Assembly: GCA_963833225.1 (NCBI GenBank)
Contig: CAWHXD010000019.1
Span: 192,001 to 256,000, forward strand
From: an uncultured Chloroflexia bacterium
GTDB taxonomy: Bacteria > Chloroflexota > Limnocylindria > Limnocylindrales > CSP1-4
Length of the DNA stretch: 64,000 bases
Direction of reading: 5' to 3'
Shown here: piece by piece, positions 10,884 through 20,747 of the stretch
Numbering within the stretch: the first letter of the stretch is position 1
Layout: the number at the start of each line of letters is the position of its first letter
The notes under the pieces: model-generated
Told to the model about the DNA's origin: nothing
The model's input: only the letters and a program-made list of their open reading frames with translations
Databases searched by the model: none
Made by a program: the position numbers and the translations under genes

Positions 10884-11957
10884 TCAAGACCCTGCCGATG
10901 GACAGTGACTCGCCGGTCCCCTGCGCGGCCGCCGCCAAGCGTCAGCCGCCGGGGGCGGGCCCGCGGTCTCGCCGATCACCAGGGTCGGCGAGAGCACCTG
11001 GTCGATGGGCTGGAGCCCGGCATCCTCGAGTCGCCCGATCGCGCGCTCCACCACGCGGCGGCCGATGGCGTCCGCGTCCTGTCGGATGGTGGTCAGCTCA
11101 CGCGGCGCGAGCCGGGACAGGCTGCTGCCGTCATAGCCGACGACCGACACGTCGCCGGGGATTGCCAGCCCGCGGTGGCTCAGCGTGTGCATCACGCCCA
11201 GCGCCGTCTCATCGTTGAAGGCGACCACCGCCGTCGGCCGATGGTCGAGCGCGAGCAGCTCCTCCGCGGCGCGCTGGCCGCACGCGGCAGTCCCGTCCCC
11301 GCCAACGACGTGGGACTGGTCGCCGAACCCGTGGCGGGTAATGTGTCTTCGGTACGCGCGCCGGCGGTCCGCGCTGATGGTGCCGTTCCCGCCGTCGACG
11401 TGGGCGATCTCTCGGTGGCCCAGTCCGACGAGGTGGTCGACGGCCAGCCGGAGCGCCTGGTCCTCGTCGGTCCGGATGCTGTCGACGGCCCCGGCCGGGT
11501 GGACCATCCGGCGCCCGGCCAGGACGACGGGGACCGATCCCGCGACACGGTTGATCTCGGCCTCCTCGAGATCCGGGCCCAGCATGAGGATGGCCTCGCA
11601 GCGGTAGTCCAGGAGCGTGTTGACAGCATGCCGCTCGTCGTGGCTGCGCGTCCGGCCGCTGAGAATGACCTCATAGCGAGCCGCCTCCGCGGCGTCGTAG
11701 ATCGGCGCCAGCAGGTCGACGTGGTGGAGCGCGTTCACGCGGTACACAACGCCGAGCAGTCGGGTAGAGGATCTGGCCAGCAGACGGGCGCGGGCGTCGG
11801 GGCGATAGCCAATGCGCTCGGCAACTTCACGGACGCGAGCTCGGGTGGCGTCGCTGGCGCCCGGTGCCTCGCGCATGACGATCGAAACCAGCGCGCGCGA
11901 CACGCCGGCGGATCGCGCCACATCCTCCAGCGTCGGCTTGCGATTCGGATCGGCCAT
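10884..11957 (-). CDS. LacI-family transcriptional regulator
   Basis: TLEDVARSAGVSRALVS HTH, hinge YRPDARARLL, sugar-binding domain (FNDETALG, VVGYD). Confidence 0.92.
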   Translation of the reverse strand: MADPNRKPTLEDVARSAGVSRALVSIVMREAPGASDATRARVREVAERIGYRPDARARLLARSSTRLLGVVYRVNALHHVDLLAPIYDAAEAARYEVILSGRTRSHDERHAVNTLLDYRCEAILMLGPDLEEAEINRVAGSVPVVLAGRRMVHPAGAVDSIRTDEDQALRLAVDHLVGLGHREIAHVDGGNGTISADRRRAYRRHITRHGFGDQSHVVGGDGTAACGQRAAEELLALDHRPTAVVAFNDETALGVMHTLSHRGLAIPGDVSVVGYDGSSLSRLAPRELTTIRQDADAIGRRVVERAIGRLEDAGLQPIDQVLSPTLVIGETAGPPPAADAWRRPRRGPASHCPSAGS

Positions 11958-12025
11958 GGTGCTCGCAATCGGAGAGTTAGGAATGCATCTTGACATGTCG
12001 GCGACGTTTGCCGTAGGGTCCGGGA

Positions 12026-12097
12026 CTAGAGCGCTCCAGTCGCCACTCCCGTCCTGCAGTTCGCCTCGACTGGCAACTCCACTTTAGAGCGCTCTAC
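12026..12097. promoter_or_regulatory. LacI-family operators, copies 3 and 4
   Basis: CTAGAGCGCTCCAG (12026-12039) and TTAGAGCGCTCTAC (12084-12097) between lacI and the ABC operon. Confidence 0.75.
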
Positions 12098-12194
12098 CAA
12101 GCGAGATCGCCCGGGTTCTGTCAGACCCGCGGGATCCGAGAGCGTGCCGCCCGGTCGCCACTTGGCCGGCAGCTGGTTTGGAGGAGCGAGGAGC

Positions 12195-13256
12195 ATGTTG
12201 TCCACAGTCGCCATGGGGACGTCCCGACGCCGCACATTCCTCGGGTTGCTTGCCATCGCGGCCATGGTCTTCGGGGCATGTGGCGGGGACTCCGCCACTG
12301 CCGCCCCAGGTGCCAGCGACGGCGCCGCGGCATCGCAGGCTGCGGTGTCCGGCAACGGCCCGAAGATCTTCGTCGTCGGCGGTAAGCCCGATGATCCGTT
12401 CTGGTCCAAGGTCAAGAAGGGCGTCGATGACCAGGCCAAGGTCGTCGAGGCCTATGGCGGATCGGTCACGTGGCTTGGCCCGGCGAACTATGACAACCTC
12501 GGCCCGGATGCGGCGAAGCTGATCCAGAACGCCCTGAGCCAGGATCCGGATGGCGTGATCGGTCCGGACTGGGTGCCCGAGGCCATGGATCCGGCATTCA
12601 AGGCCGTGGTCGACGCAGGCGTCCCGCTCATCGTCTACAACGCGGGCGGCATCGAGAAGGCCACCGAGCTCGGTGCCCTCAACTTCGTGGGCAACGACGA
12701 GTACGTCGCGGGCGTGGGCGGTGGCGAGTACTTCGCCAAGAATGGGGTCAAGAACGTCCTGTGTGTCAACACGCTGCCCGGAACGACCAACATCGAGGCC
12801 CGCTGCAAGGGCATCGCCGACGGCATGGCGGCGAACGGCGGCACGTCGTCTCAGCTGCCCCTGCCTTCCAACCAGTTCGGCGACCAGACCGCTGTCGCCC
12901 AGGCAATCAAGGCCTCGCTGCTCCAGGATCCGTCCATTGACGGCGTGGTCACCGTCTCCGCGGCTGATGGCACGGCCGCCGCAAGCGGAATCGAGCAGGC
13001 TGGCATCACCGACAAGGTCAAACTTGGCTCGTTCGACTTCGACCCGACCGGCCTCGACCGCATCAAGGCGGGAACGCAGCTGATGGCCATCGACCAGCAG
13101 CCGTACCTGCAGGGCTCGATCTCGGTCGCGCTCCTGAGCTCGTACATCATGTTTGGCAACGACCTGCCCACCCGCCCCGTGGCCACCGGCCCGGGCATCA
13201 TTGACGCGAGCAACATCGACGCGACGCTTGCCGGCGCTCTTGCGGGCGCCCGCTAG
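12195..13256 (+). CDS. Sugar/inositol ABC transporter substrate-binding lipoprotein
   Basis: Lipobox-like VFGAC, DPFWSKVKKG, IDQQPYLQG; strong RBS. Confidence 0.88.
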   Translation: MLSTVAMGTSRRRTFLGLLAIAAMVFGACGGDSATAAPGASDGAAASQAAVSGNGPKIFVVGGKPDDPFWSKVKKGVDDQAKVVEAYGGSVTWLGPANYDNLGPDAAKLIQNALSQDPDGVIGPDWVPEAMDPAFKAVVDAGVPLIVYNAGGIEKATELGALNFVGNDEYVAGVGGGEYFAKNGVKNVLCVNTLPGTTNIEARCKGIADGMAANGGTSSQLPLPSNQFGDQTAVAQAIKASLLQDPSIDGVVTVSAADGTAAASGIEQAGITDKVKLGSFDFDPTGLDRIKAGTQLMAIDQQPYLQGSISVALLSSYIMFGNDLPTRPVATGPGIIDASNIDATLAGALAGAR

Positions 13257-13352
13257 GTCCGTCCTCTCGCCAGTGTCGGGCCCGGTTCCGCCGGGCCCGA
13301 CAGGTTCCACTCCCGCCCGCGGCACCGGCGCGGGATGCAGCAGGTGGACGCG

Positions 13353-14414
13353 ATGACAAGGCAGGTGCAGCAGGACTCGGAAACCGGTCAGGTCGAGACC
13401 ACGGCGTCCCCGGGTTGGTCCATTGGCACCTTTGTCAGACGGCCCGAGATGGGCGCGCTGATCGGCATGGTGCTCGTGTTCGTGTTCTTTGCCGTGTTCG
13501 GCGGCAAACAGTTCCTCACCCCCGGCGGAGTCGCAAGCTGGCTCAACGTTGCAGGCGAGCTCGGAATGATCGCCCTCCCCGTCGGGCTGCTGATGATTGC
13601 CGGCGAGCTCGACCTCTCCGTTGGTTCGGTTGTGGCCGCGAGCTCCATGACCCTCGCCATCGTGTCCGGGTTCTGGGGTCTGCCGATGCCAGTGGGGATC
13701 ATCCTGGCCCTCGCGTTCGGTGTCGTGGTGGGCTTGATCAACGGCGTCATCGTCACGAGGACGCGGGTGCCCTCCCTCATCGTCACGTTGGGGATGAACC
13801 TCGCCGTCGTTGGCTTGACGCTCGGGTTCTCCCGACTCCTGACGAACAACGTGAGCGTGCCGCTCGCCGCCGGCGAGCCGTGGAAGTCGATGCTCGGCCA
13901 GTTCCTGTTCGGCCAGTTCGAGGTCGCCATCCTGTGGTGGATCGGCGTCGTGATCGTGGTCGGGTGGCTCACCCACATCGCCAAGTACGGCAACTGGATC
14001 TTCGCGATCGGCGGCGATCTTGAGAGCGCCCGCGCCACGGGCATCCCGGTCAACCGGGTCAAGATCGCCCTCTACGTTGCGACCGCCGCCGCGTCGGCGT
14101 CCGTGGGCATCATGTCCACGGTGCTCTACAACAGCGCCCAGGTCGCGAAGGGCCAGGCGTTCGTGTTCAACTCGATCATCGCGGTGGTCATCGGCGGCGT
14201 GCTCCTGACCGGCGGCTACGGATCGGTGTTCGGGATCTTGATGGGCACCCTGACGTTTGCCATCGTCAACCAGGGCATCTACTTCACCGGCTGGAACGCC
14301 GACTGGGCGAGCCTGATCCTGGGGGTGCTGCTCCTGGCTGCCGTGCTCATGAACAACACGTTCCGCAAGATGGCGCTGTCGTACAGTCCCACCGCCAAGA
14401 GGAAGAAGGCGTGA
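13353..14414 (+). CDS. Sugar ABC transporter permease (RbsC-like)
   Basis: GELDLSVGS, IFAIGGD, IAVVIGGVLLTGGYGS. Confidence 0.9.
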   Translation: MTRQVQQDSETGQVETTASPGWSIGTFVRRPEMGALIGMVLVFVFFAVFGGKQFLTPGGVASWLNVAGELGMIALPVGLLMIAGELDLSVGSVVAASSMTLAIVSGFWGLPMPVGIILALAFGVVVGLINGVIVTRTRVPSLIVTLGMNLAVVGLTLGFSRLLTNNVSVPLAAGEPWKSMLGQFLFGQFEVAILWWIGVVIVVGWLTHIAKYGNWIFAIGGDLESARATGIPVNRVKIALYVATAAASASVGIMSTVLYNSAQVAKGQAFVFNSIIAVVIGGVLLTGGYGSVFGILMGTLTFAIVNQGIYFTGWNADWASLILGVLLLAAVLMNNTFRKMALSYSPTAKRKKA

Positions 14415-15232
14415 CCGTGGACGCCCCACTGCTCCGGCTCACCGACATCAACATGTCATTCGGGGCTACGCAGGTCCTGATGGACGTCAACCTCGAGGTC
14501 CGGCGGGGCGAGGTCCTGTGCCTGCTGGGCGATAACGGCGCCGGCAAGTCGACGCTGATCAAGATCATGTCCGGGGTCTACCAGCCAAGGTCGGGCATGA
14601 TCGAGATCGACGGCAAGCCGGTGGTGTTCGGCAGCCCGCGCGACACGGCGAGGCATGGAATTGCCACAGTCCACCAGTTCGGCGGGACGTTCCCGCTGAT
14701 GACCATCGGGCGCTCCTTCTTCGTGGGTGCAGAGCCCGAGAAGGGCTGGGGTCCGTTCAAGCGCTTCGACCGCGGGTTTGCCAACGACGTGGCCGTTCGG
14801 GAGATGCGCCAGTTCGGGATCACCCGCGTCAGTGACGGCGACCGCCTGGTCGGCGGCCTCTCGGGCGGCGAGCGGCAGGCGCTCGCGATCGGGCGCGCGG
14901 TCTACTTCGGCGCGAACGTGCTCATCCTCGACGAGCCAACGGCCGCGCTTGGTGTGAAGGAGGCGGCCCACGTTCTCCGGATGGTCATGCAGGCGCGCCA
15001 GAAGGGCATCGCAGTCGTGTTCATCACCCACCAGGTCACCCATGCGATGACGGTCGGCGATCACTTTGCAGTCCTGATCCGCGGGGTCAAGGTGGCCGAT
15101 TTCCGCAAGGGCGAGAAGACCCGAGAGGAGATCACTGATCTGATGGCCGGCGGCGAGGCGATGGCCGAGCTGGAAGCCGAGCTCGAGGTCTACCAACAAG
15201 CCCACGCAGGGCATGGACCGCAGGCCGTCTGA
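14411..15232 (+). CDS. Sugar ABC transporter ATP-binding protein
   Basis: GDNGAGKST, LSGGERQ, ILDEPT. Confidence 0.92.
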   Translation: MTVDAPLLRLTDINMSFGATQVLMDVNLEVRRGEVLCLLGDNGAGKSTLIKIMSGVYQPRSGMIEIDGKPVVFGSPRDTARHGIATVHQFGGTFPLMTIGRSFFVGAEPEKGWGPFKRFDRGFANDVAVREMRQFGITRVSDGDRLVGGLSGGERQALAIGRAVYFGANVLILDEPTAALGVKEAAHVLRMVMQARQKGIAVVFITHQVTHAMTVGDHFAVLIRGVKVADFRKGEKTREEITDLMAGGEAMAELEAELEVYQQAHAGHGPQAV

Positions 15233-15346
15233 CCTCACAACCACTCGATCGGCACCAGTGACCCGCGTGCCCCGAACCGGCTTGCCCGAATCCCTCGGCC
15301 CGGGGCGTACCCGCAGCGGGGCGCCGTGAATCCTCAGGGCCCGATC

Positions 15347-16636
15347 ATGCCCCCGGCACCTGGTGCCGGCGGACGCCGCCCCGCGACCATCCTGGACGTT
15401 GCCGAACGGGCAGGAGTGTCCTCGTCGACCGTCAGCCGGCTCCTGGGCGGACAGACCGTCACCCCGCGGCCGCGGACCGCCGAAGCTGTCGCCCGTGCCG
15501 TTCGCGAGCTGGCATACCGCGCGGACCTGGTGGCCCGGTCGATGCGCACGCGGACGACGTCAGTCGTGGGGGTGGTCATCGACAACCTGCTCGACCCGGT
15601 GTTCCCAGGGCTGGTGCAGGCCACGAGCGAGGCGCTCGAGCGCGCCGGCTACGCGACCGTCCTGGGAACGGCGGGCGGGGGCCCTGGGCAGGCTGCCCTT
15701 GAGGTCGAGCTGATGCTCCGGCAGCGAGTCGATGGCCTCATCATCGCCTGCAGCTGGCCGCCCGACTTCCTCGGGTCCCAGTTGGCGCGGTTCTCGCTGC
15801 CGGTGGTCCTGACGAACACCGACGGGTCGGGCGGCTCCGTGCCGCAGTTCGGGACGGACAATCGCGCCGGAGGGCGGCTGGCGATCGAGCACCTGATCGC
15901 ACTGGGTCACCGGCGGCTTGCCTACGTCGGCGGGCCATCGTCAGCCCCGTTTCACGAGATCCGCCTCGCGGGCATGCGGGCCGCGCTCGCCGACGCGGGA
16001 CTCGGTCTCGATGCGCTGACCGTTGTTGCAGGCGATGGGACCCGTATTGGTGGCCAAGCGGCCGTCCTTGCCTTGCTGGCGGCGCGGACCGGCGTGACCG
16101 CGATTGCCTGCTACAACGACGTCACGGCGATCGGTGTGCTGCGCGGCCTCGATGAGGCCGGAATTCTCGTGCCACGCGACATGAGCGTGATCGGCTTTGA
16201 CGATATTGACGTGGCCGCCTGGCTGCAGCCGGCGCTCACGACCGTCCGCCAGGAGACCCGCATGATGGGTCGCCTCGCTGCCGAGCGCCTGATCGCGCTG
16301 ATGCGCGCGAGCGACGGGGAGGGACATCCGCCGCCGCTGCGACTGCCGATGACCCTGCAGGTCCGGGAGTCGACGGCCGCGCCGCCGATCCTTCGGCCGA
16401 CGGGAGCAGAGCGCTCGCGGTTAGTCGATCCGGGTGTAGGCGACGATCTGCATGCCGCCGTGCAGCTCGCCCAGGGCCGGTTGCAGCGCCTGGTGGACCT
16501 CGCTCACGCGCCATGCGACGGCGTTGTCCGCGGTCTCCCAGCGGAAGATCATCTGGTAGCGGGTGGGGCTGTCGGCCTCACGCAGGAGCGAGCACTCGAT
16601 CAGGCCGGGCATCTCGAGGACGGGCGGCCGGTATGA
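15347..16636 (+). CDS. LacI-family regulator #2 (true end probably ~16420)
   Basis: TILDVAERAGVSSSTVSR, CYNDVTAIG, IGFDD, VRESTA; read-through tail overlaps the convergent gene. Confidence 0.85.
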   Translation: MPPAPGAGGRRPATILDVAERAGVSSSTVSRLLGGQTVTPRPRTAEAVARAVRELAYRADLVARSMRTRTTSVVGVVIDNLLDPVFPGLVQATSEALERAGYATVLGTAGGGPGQAALEVELMLRQRVDGLIIACSWPPDFLGSQLARFSLPVVLTNTDGSGGSVPQFGTDNRAGGRLAIEHLIALGHRRLAYVGGPSSAPFHEIRLAGMRAALADAGLGLDALTVVAGDGTRIGGQAAVLALLAARTGVTAIACYNDVTAIGVLRGLDEAGILVPRDMSVIGFDDIDVAAWLQPALTTVRQETRMMGRLAAERLIALMRASDGEGHPPPLRLPMTLQVRESTAAPPILRPTGAERSRLVDPGVGDDLHAAVQLAQGRLQRLVDLAHAPCDGVVRGLPAEDHLVAGGAVGLTQERALDQAGHLEDGRPV

Positions 16637-16708
16637 CTCGGCGAAGAAGCGCTCGAAGTCGGCCGTCCGGTCGGGGTGGACGTCGAAGGTGATGTGCCGC
16701 TCGATCAT
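16421..16708 (-). CDS. Antibiotic biosynthesis monooxygenase (ABM)-like protein
   Basis: ~95 aa; MPGLIECSLLR...WETADNAVAWRVSEVH pattern. Confidence 0.65.
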   Translation of the reverse strand: MIERHITFDVHPDRTADFERFFAESYRPPVLEMPGLIECSLLREADSPTRYQMIFRWETADNAVAWRVSEVHQALQPALGELHGGMQIVAYTRID

Positions 16709-16728
16709 GCTTGGGCTCCACGCGCGGT

Positions 16729-16745
16729 AATTGGCCTGACCAGTT
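16729..16745. promoter_or_regulatory. Putative FadR/GntR operator
   Basis: AATTGGCCTGACCAGTT resembles the FadR-subfamily TGGTCnGACCA palindrome; upstream of the gntR gene. Confidence 0.55.
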
Positions 16746-16809
16746 GACGACATTATCGAAGCGGGCCTAGCATCCCGTCAATGCGGATGGGCACAGCGGC
16801 AGGCGACCG

Positions 16810-17628
16810 GTGGTGACGGACGGACGGGCGTCGACCGCGTCCCTCGCCGCCACGCCCCCGGGCCTCGCCACCACGCCCGACCCCGCCTGGCCGGTGTTCG
16901 CGGTCGTCAACCGCAGCACGCTTTCCGAGGAGATTGCCGCCCGGTTGATCGACCTGATCAGCGCCGAGCAGCTCCACCCCGGCGACAAGCTGCCCGCCGA
17001 GCGTGAGCTCGCCGCCATGATGCAGGTCAGCCGGCCGGTGCTCCGCGAGGCCCTGCGCGCGCTCGCGATCATGAAGGTCGTCGAGATCCGGCAGGGTGCC
17101 GGCACCTACATCACCTCACTCGAGCCGAGGCACATGGTCTCCCACCTCGACTTCGTGTTCTCCAAGGACCCGGTCGCGCTGGCCCAGGTGATCGAGACCC
17201 GGCGGGTCGTGGAGGTGGGCAACGCGCGCCTCGCCGGCGAGCGCATCGACGACACGGGCCTGGAGCGCCTGGACAGCCTACTGATCCAGCTGCGTGGCGC
17301 GATCGGCGACGCCGACCGCTTCAGCACCCTCGACATCGAGTTCCACGACGCCGTCTGCGATGCGGCCGGCAACTTCCTGCTCGCCCAGTTCATGCGGATC
17401 ATCAACACGCTGGCCAAGGTCAGCCGCGAACGGACCGGGGCGACACGGGCGACTCGCGAACGGGCCCTCGCGGACCATGTTGCGATCGTCGCTGCGCTGA
17501 GGGCAGGCAACCCGGAGGCGGCGGCCACGGCGATGGGGGGCCACCTCGATCACATCGAGGAGGCGCTGGCGCGCGTGACCGGGATCCCGGAAACCATCGG
17601 TGCCGCGAAGACCGGGCGCGGCCGATGA
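16810..17628 (+). CDS. GntR/FadR-family regulator
   Basis: PGDKLPAERELA..VSRPVLREAL..RQGAGTY; FCD domain DIEFH. Confidence 0.92.
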   Translation: MVTDGRASTASLAATPPGLATTPDPAWPVFAVVNRSTLSEEIAARLIDLISAEQLHPGDKLPAERELAAMMQVSRPVLREALRALAIMKVVEIRQGAGTYITSLEPRHMVSHLDFVFSKDPVALAQVIETRRVVEVGNARLAGERIDDTGLERLDSLLIQLRGAIGDADRFSTLDIEFHDAVCDAAGNFLLAQFMRIINTLAKVSRERTGATRATRERALADHVAIVAALRAGNPEAAATAMGGHLDHIEEALARVTGIPETIGAAKTGRGR

Positions 17629-18074
17629 ACATCGCCGGCAGCCATCGGTTCGACGCCGCCCGCGAGGCCGTCTTTGCGGCCATCTGCGACCCGGCGACGC
17701 TGCTGGCGGTCATTCCCGGTTGCGAGGCGGTGGAGCGCGTGGCCACGGACGAGTACGAGGGCCGGATCGCGCTCCGCCTTCCGGGTGCCGTCGGCATGTA
17801 CCGGACGCGCGTGCGCCTCGTCGACACGCAGCCACCCGAGCGATCCGGCCTCGACGGCCGGGTGGAGGGGGCCATGGGATCGATTGTCGGCCGCGCCGAC
17901 TTCGTGCTGCAGGACACCGAACCGGGCACCGCCATGGAGTACCGTGGCACCGCCCGCATCGACGGCCCGCTGGCGAGGCTGGACTCCCGCTTTGCCGAGC
18001 GCCTGGCGCAATCGCTGATCAGCCAGGGACTGCGCGCCCTGGACGCACGGCTCGCTACGGAGGGACACGAGTGA
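17625..18074 (+). CDS. CoxG/SRPBCC-family protein
   Basis: DPATLLAVIPGCE motif; position in Mo-hydroxylase operon. Confidence 0.8.
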   Translation: MNIAGSHRFDAAREAVFAAICDPATLLAVIPGCEAVERVATDEYEGRIALRLPGAVGMYRTRVRLVDTQPPERSGLDGRVEGAMGSIVGRADFVLQDTEPGTAMEYRGTARIDGPLARLDSRFAERLAQSLISQGLRALDARLATEGHE

Positions 18075-18920
18075 CTGTCGCCGACTACGACCTGCCCACC
18101 TCCGTTCCGGACGCGCTGGACCTGCTCGCGGCGCACGGCCCGGAGCTCCTGGTCATCGCGGGTGGCACGGTCGCCATGCCGCTCATCAACGAGGGGATCT
18201 CGCTGCCGCGCCGGGTGATGGGCCTGCGGCGCGCCGGTCTGGACCGCGTCGCGCGCGTCGGGGATGAGCTGCACCTCGGCGCCACCGCCACGCTGAGCCG
18301 CATCCAGCGGCGGGAGGACCTCCCGATGCTCGCGCAGGCCGCCGGGCGGCACGGCATCGTGGTCCGTACGCAACATGGGCACGGTCGGCGGCAACCTGTT
18401 CACCCCGCCACCCGGCGGTGACGTCGCCACCGCGTTGCTGGCCCTCGATGCCCGGGTCGTCGCGACCGGGCCGGGCGGGCCGCGGGCCGTGCCGCTGGCC
18501 GGCTTCTGGACCGGCTTCATGACGACCGTCCTCGCCGCGGACGAGCTCGTGACCGAGATCGTGGTGCCCGTCGACGCCGGCCGGACCGCCTTCGTCAAGT
18601 TCGGACGCCGGGCGGCCAACACGCCGGCCGTCGTGATGGTCGCCGTGCACGCGACGTTCGAGGGCGACACCGTCACCGGCGCCCGGATCGCGCTGGGGGC
18701 CGCGGGACCGCACCCGTTGCGCATGGCGCGCGCCGAGGCGGCGATCACCGGCACCGCCCTCGACGAGGACGCGATCACGGGCGCCGCGTCGCTCGCCGCC
18801 GAGGACGCGGATCCTGAGGACGATGCGATCGCGAGCGCCTGGTACCGGCGACGGATGGTTGGCGTGTTCGTGCGACGCGCGTTGCTGCAGCTGGCCGAGC
18901 CGGCCGGAAGGGGTGCGTAG
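18071..18920 (+). CDS. Molybdenum hydroxylase FAD-binding subunit (CoxM-like), frameshift ~18350
   Basis: IAGGT, NMGTVGGNL, ASAWYRRRM. Confidence 0.85.
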
Positions 18921-19403
18921 ATGGCCTCCGTCATCGTCGCGTTCGAGCTCTCCGGGCAGCCGGTGGAGGTGATGGTCAGCCCGCTGGCGACCCTCCAGCA
19001 GGTGCTCCGGACACAGCTGGGCCACGCCTCGGTCAAGGACGGCTGCCGTCAGGGCGGCTGTGGCAGCTGCACCGTGCTCATCGACGGCGAGCCGATGCTG
19101 TCGTGCCTGCTCCCGGTGCAGGACGTGGCCGGTCGTCGCGTGACCACCCTGGAGGGACTGACCCCATCCGAGGGCCTCCACCCGATCCAGCGGGCGTTCC
19201 TCGACGCCAACGGCTTCCAGTGCGGCTACTGCACCCCGGGCATGGAGCTGCTCGCCAAGGCCCTCCTGGACCACAACCCGTCGCCCACGCGCGACGAGAT
19301 CACCGAGGCCCTCTCGGGCAACATCTGCCGCTGCACGGGCTACGGCCCGATCGTGGGCGCCATCGAGGCGGCCGCCGCCGCCGGGCAGGAGACGGGACGA
19401 TGA
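18921..19403 (+). CDS. Molybdenum hydroxylase 2Fe-2S subunit (CoxS-like)
   Basis: GCRQGGCGSC, FQCGYCTPG, NICRCTGY. Confidence 0.93.
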   Translation: MASVIVAFELSGQPVEVMVSPLATLQQVLRTQLGHASVKDGCRQGGCGSCTVLIDGEPMLSCLLPVQDVAGRRVTTLEGLTPSEGLHPIQRAFLDANGFQCGYCTPGMELLAKALLDHNPSPTRDEITEALSGNICRCTGYGPIVGAIEAAAAAGQETGR

Positions 19404-20746
19404 CCGCCGATCTCAACGTCGTCGGGCAGTCGGTCGAGCGCAACGACGGCATCGGCTTCGTCACGGGGCGCGCCCGGTACAGCACGGACCTCGTGTTCCC
19501 CCGGATGCTCCACCTCAAGATGGTCCGCAGCCCGCTCCACCACGCGCTCGTCAAGGGCGTCGACCTGTCCGAGGCCGAGCGGGTCCCGGGCTTCGTGCGT
19601 GCGCTGACCCACGAGGACGTGCCCCACAACGTGTACACGATCCTCGGGCTGATCGGCGTCGAGCCAGAGGAGGAGTTCGTCCTCGCGGTGGACCGCGTCC
19701 GGTACATGGGCGAGCCGATCGTCGCGATCCTCGCCGAGACGGAGGCGGCGGCCTACGAGGCCGTGGCGAAGGTCCGGCTCGACCTCGAGGAGCTGCCCGC
19801 GGTCTTCGACATGGACGAGGCCCTGGCCCCGGGCGCCCCGATCGTCACCCACTGGGGCACCAACACCTTCACCTACGACAGCGGGGCCAGCCGCAAGGTG
19901 CGCCTGGGCGACGTGGAGGCGGGGTTCGCACAGGCAGACCACATCGTGGAGGGCGAGTACCGGACCAGCCCCATCGAGCACGCTCCCACCGAGACCACGG
20001 GCTGCGTCGCGGTCCCGGAGCCCAACGGGCGGTTCACGGTCTACACCAACACCCAGGCGCTGTACTTCAGCCTCGACAACACGTCGATCATCCTCGAGCT
20101 CCCCGGCAACCGGCTGCGGTTCATCGGCGGCATGGTCGGCGGCGGGTTCGGCGGCAAGGTGGACGTGATCGTGGAGCCGCTCGCGACGCTGGGCGCGATG
20201 AAGACGGGGCGCCCGGTGCGCTACGTCTACAACCGGTCCGAGGAGATGCAGGTCAGCTCCACGCGCAGCGCCTGGACGATCCGGATCAAGGACGGGGTCA
20301 TGGCCGACGGCACGATCGTCGCCCGCCAGGTGGTGAGCTACGCGGACTGCGGGGCGTACAGCCGCCAGACGCCGTACGCGCTGACCAAGCACGCGGCGAA
20401 CGCGGCAGGCCCGTACGCCATCCCCAACGTGTCGATCGACGCCTACTGCGTCTACACCAACCGCACGCCCTCCTCGGCGATGCGCGGCTTCGGGGTGACC
20501 ATGGGCTCGTTCGCGATCGAGGTCCAGATGGACAAGATCGCGGAGCGAGTGGGCCTGGACCCATGGACGGTCCGGTTCCGCAACGCGATCCACAACGGGG
20601 ACATCAAGCCGCACCGCAAGCCGGCCGCGGACGTGGCCATGGTGGAGACGATGCAGGCCGCCGCGGCCCTCGTCGGGCACGAGCTGCCGGCTGAGCTGCG
20701 GGCGATGACCTCGGACCCGCGCGCGGGGCAGGAAGGAGGTCGCTGA
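19400..20746 (+). CDS. Xanthine dehydrogenase-family Mo subunit, N-terminal half
   Basis: VRSPLHHA, VGGGFGGK, AMRGFG. Confidence 0.9.
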   Translation: MTADLNVVGQSVERNDGIGFVTGRARYSTDLVFPRMLHLKMVRSPLHHALVKGVDLSEAERVPGFVRALTHEDVPHNVYTILGLIGVEPEEEFVLAVDRVRYMGEPIVAILAETEAAAYEAVAKVRLDLEELPAVFDMDEALAPGAPIVTHWGTNTFTYDSGASRKVRLGDVEAGFAQADHIVEGEYRTSPIEHAPTETTGCVAVPEPNGRFTVYTNTQALYFSLDNTSIILELPGNRLRFIGGMVGGGFGGKVDVIVEPLATLGAMKTGRPVRYVYNRSEEMQVSSTRSAWTIRIKDGVMADGTIVARQVVSYADCGAYSRQTPYALTKHAANAAGPYAIPNVSIDAYCVYTNRTPSSAMRGFGVTMGSFAIEVQMDKIAERVGLDPWTVRFRNAIHNGDIKPHRKPAADVAMVETMQAAAALVGHELPAELRAMTSDPRAGQEGGR

Positions 20747-20747
20747 C

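Noticed and set aside
12084-14429. Long antisense ORFs (e.g. 781 aa here; also 29433-31265, 40788-42770, 59890-61809)
   Set aside because: Shadow ORFs expected opposite real genes in high-GC DNA; no recognisable motifs.
16421-16636. Genuine 216-nt antisense overlap of LacI #2 with the ABM gene
   Set aside because: The LacI fold ends at VRESTA and an out-of-frame TAG lies at 16422-16424, so this is probably an indel or non-functional read-through.
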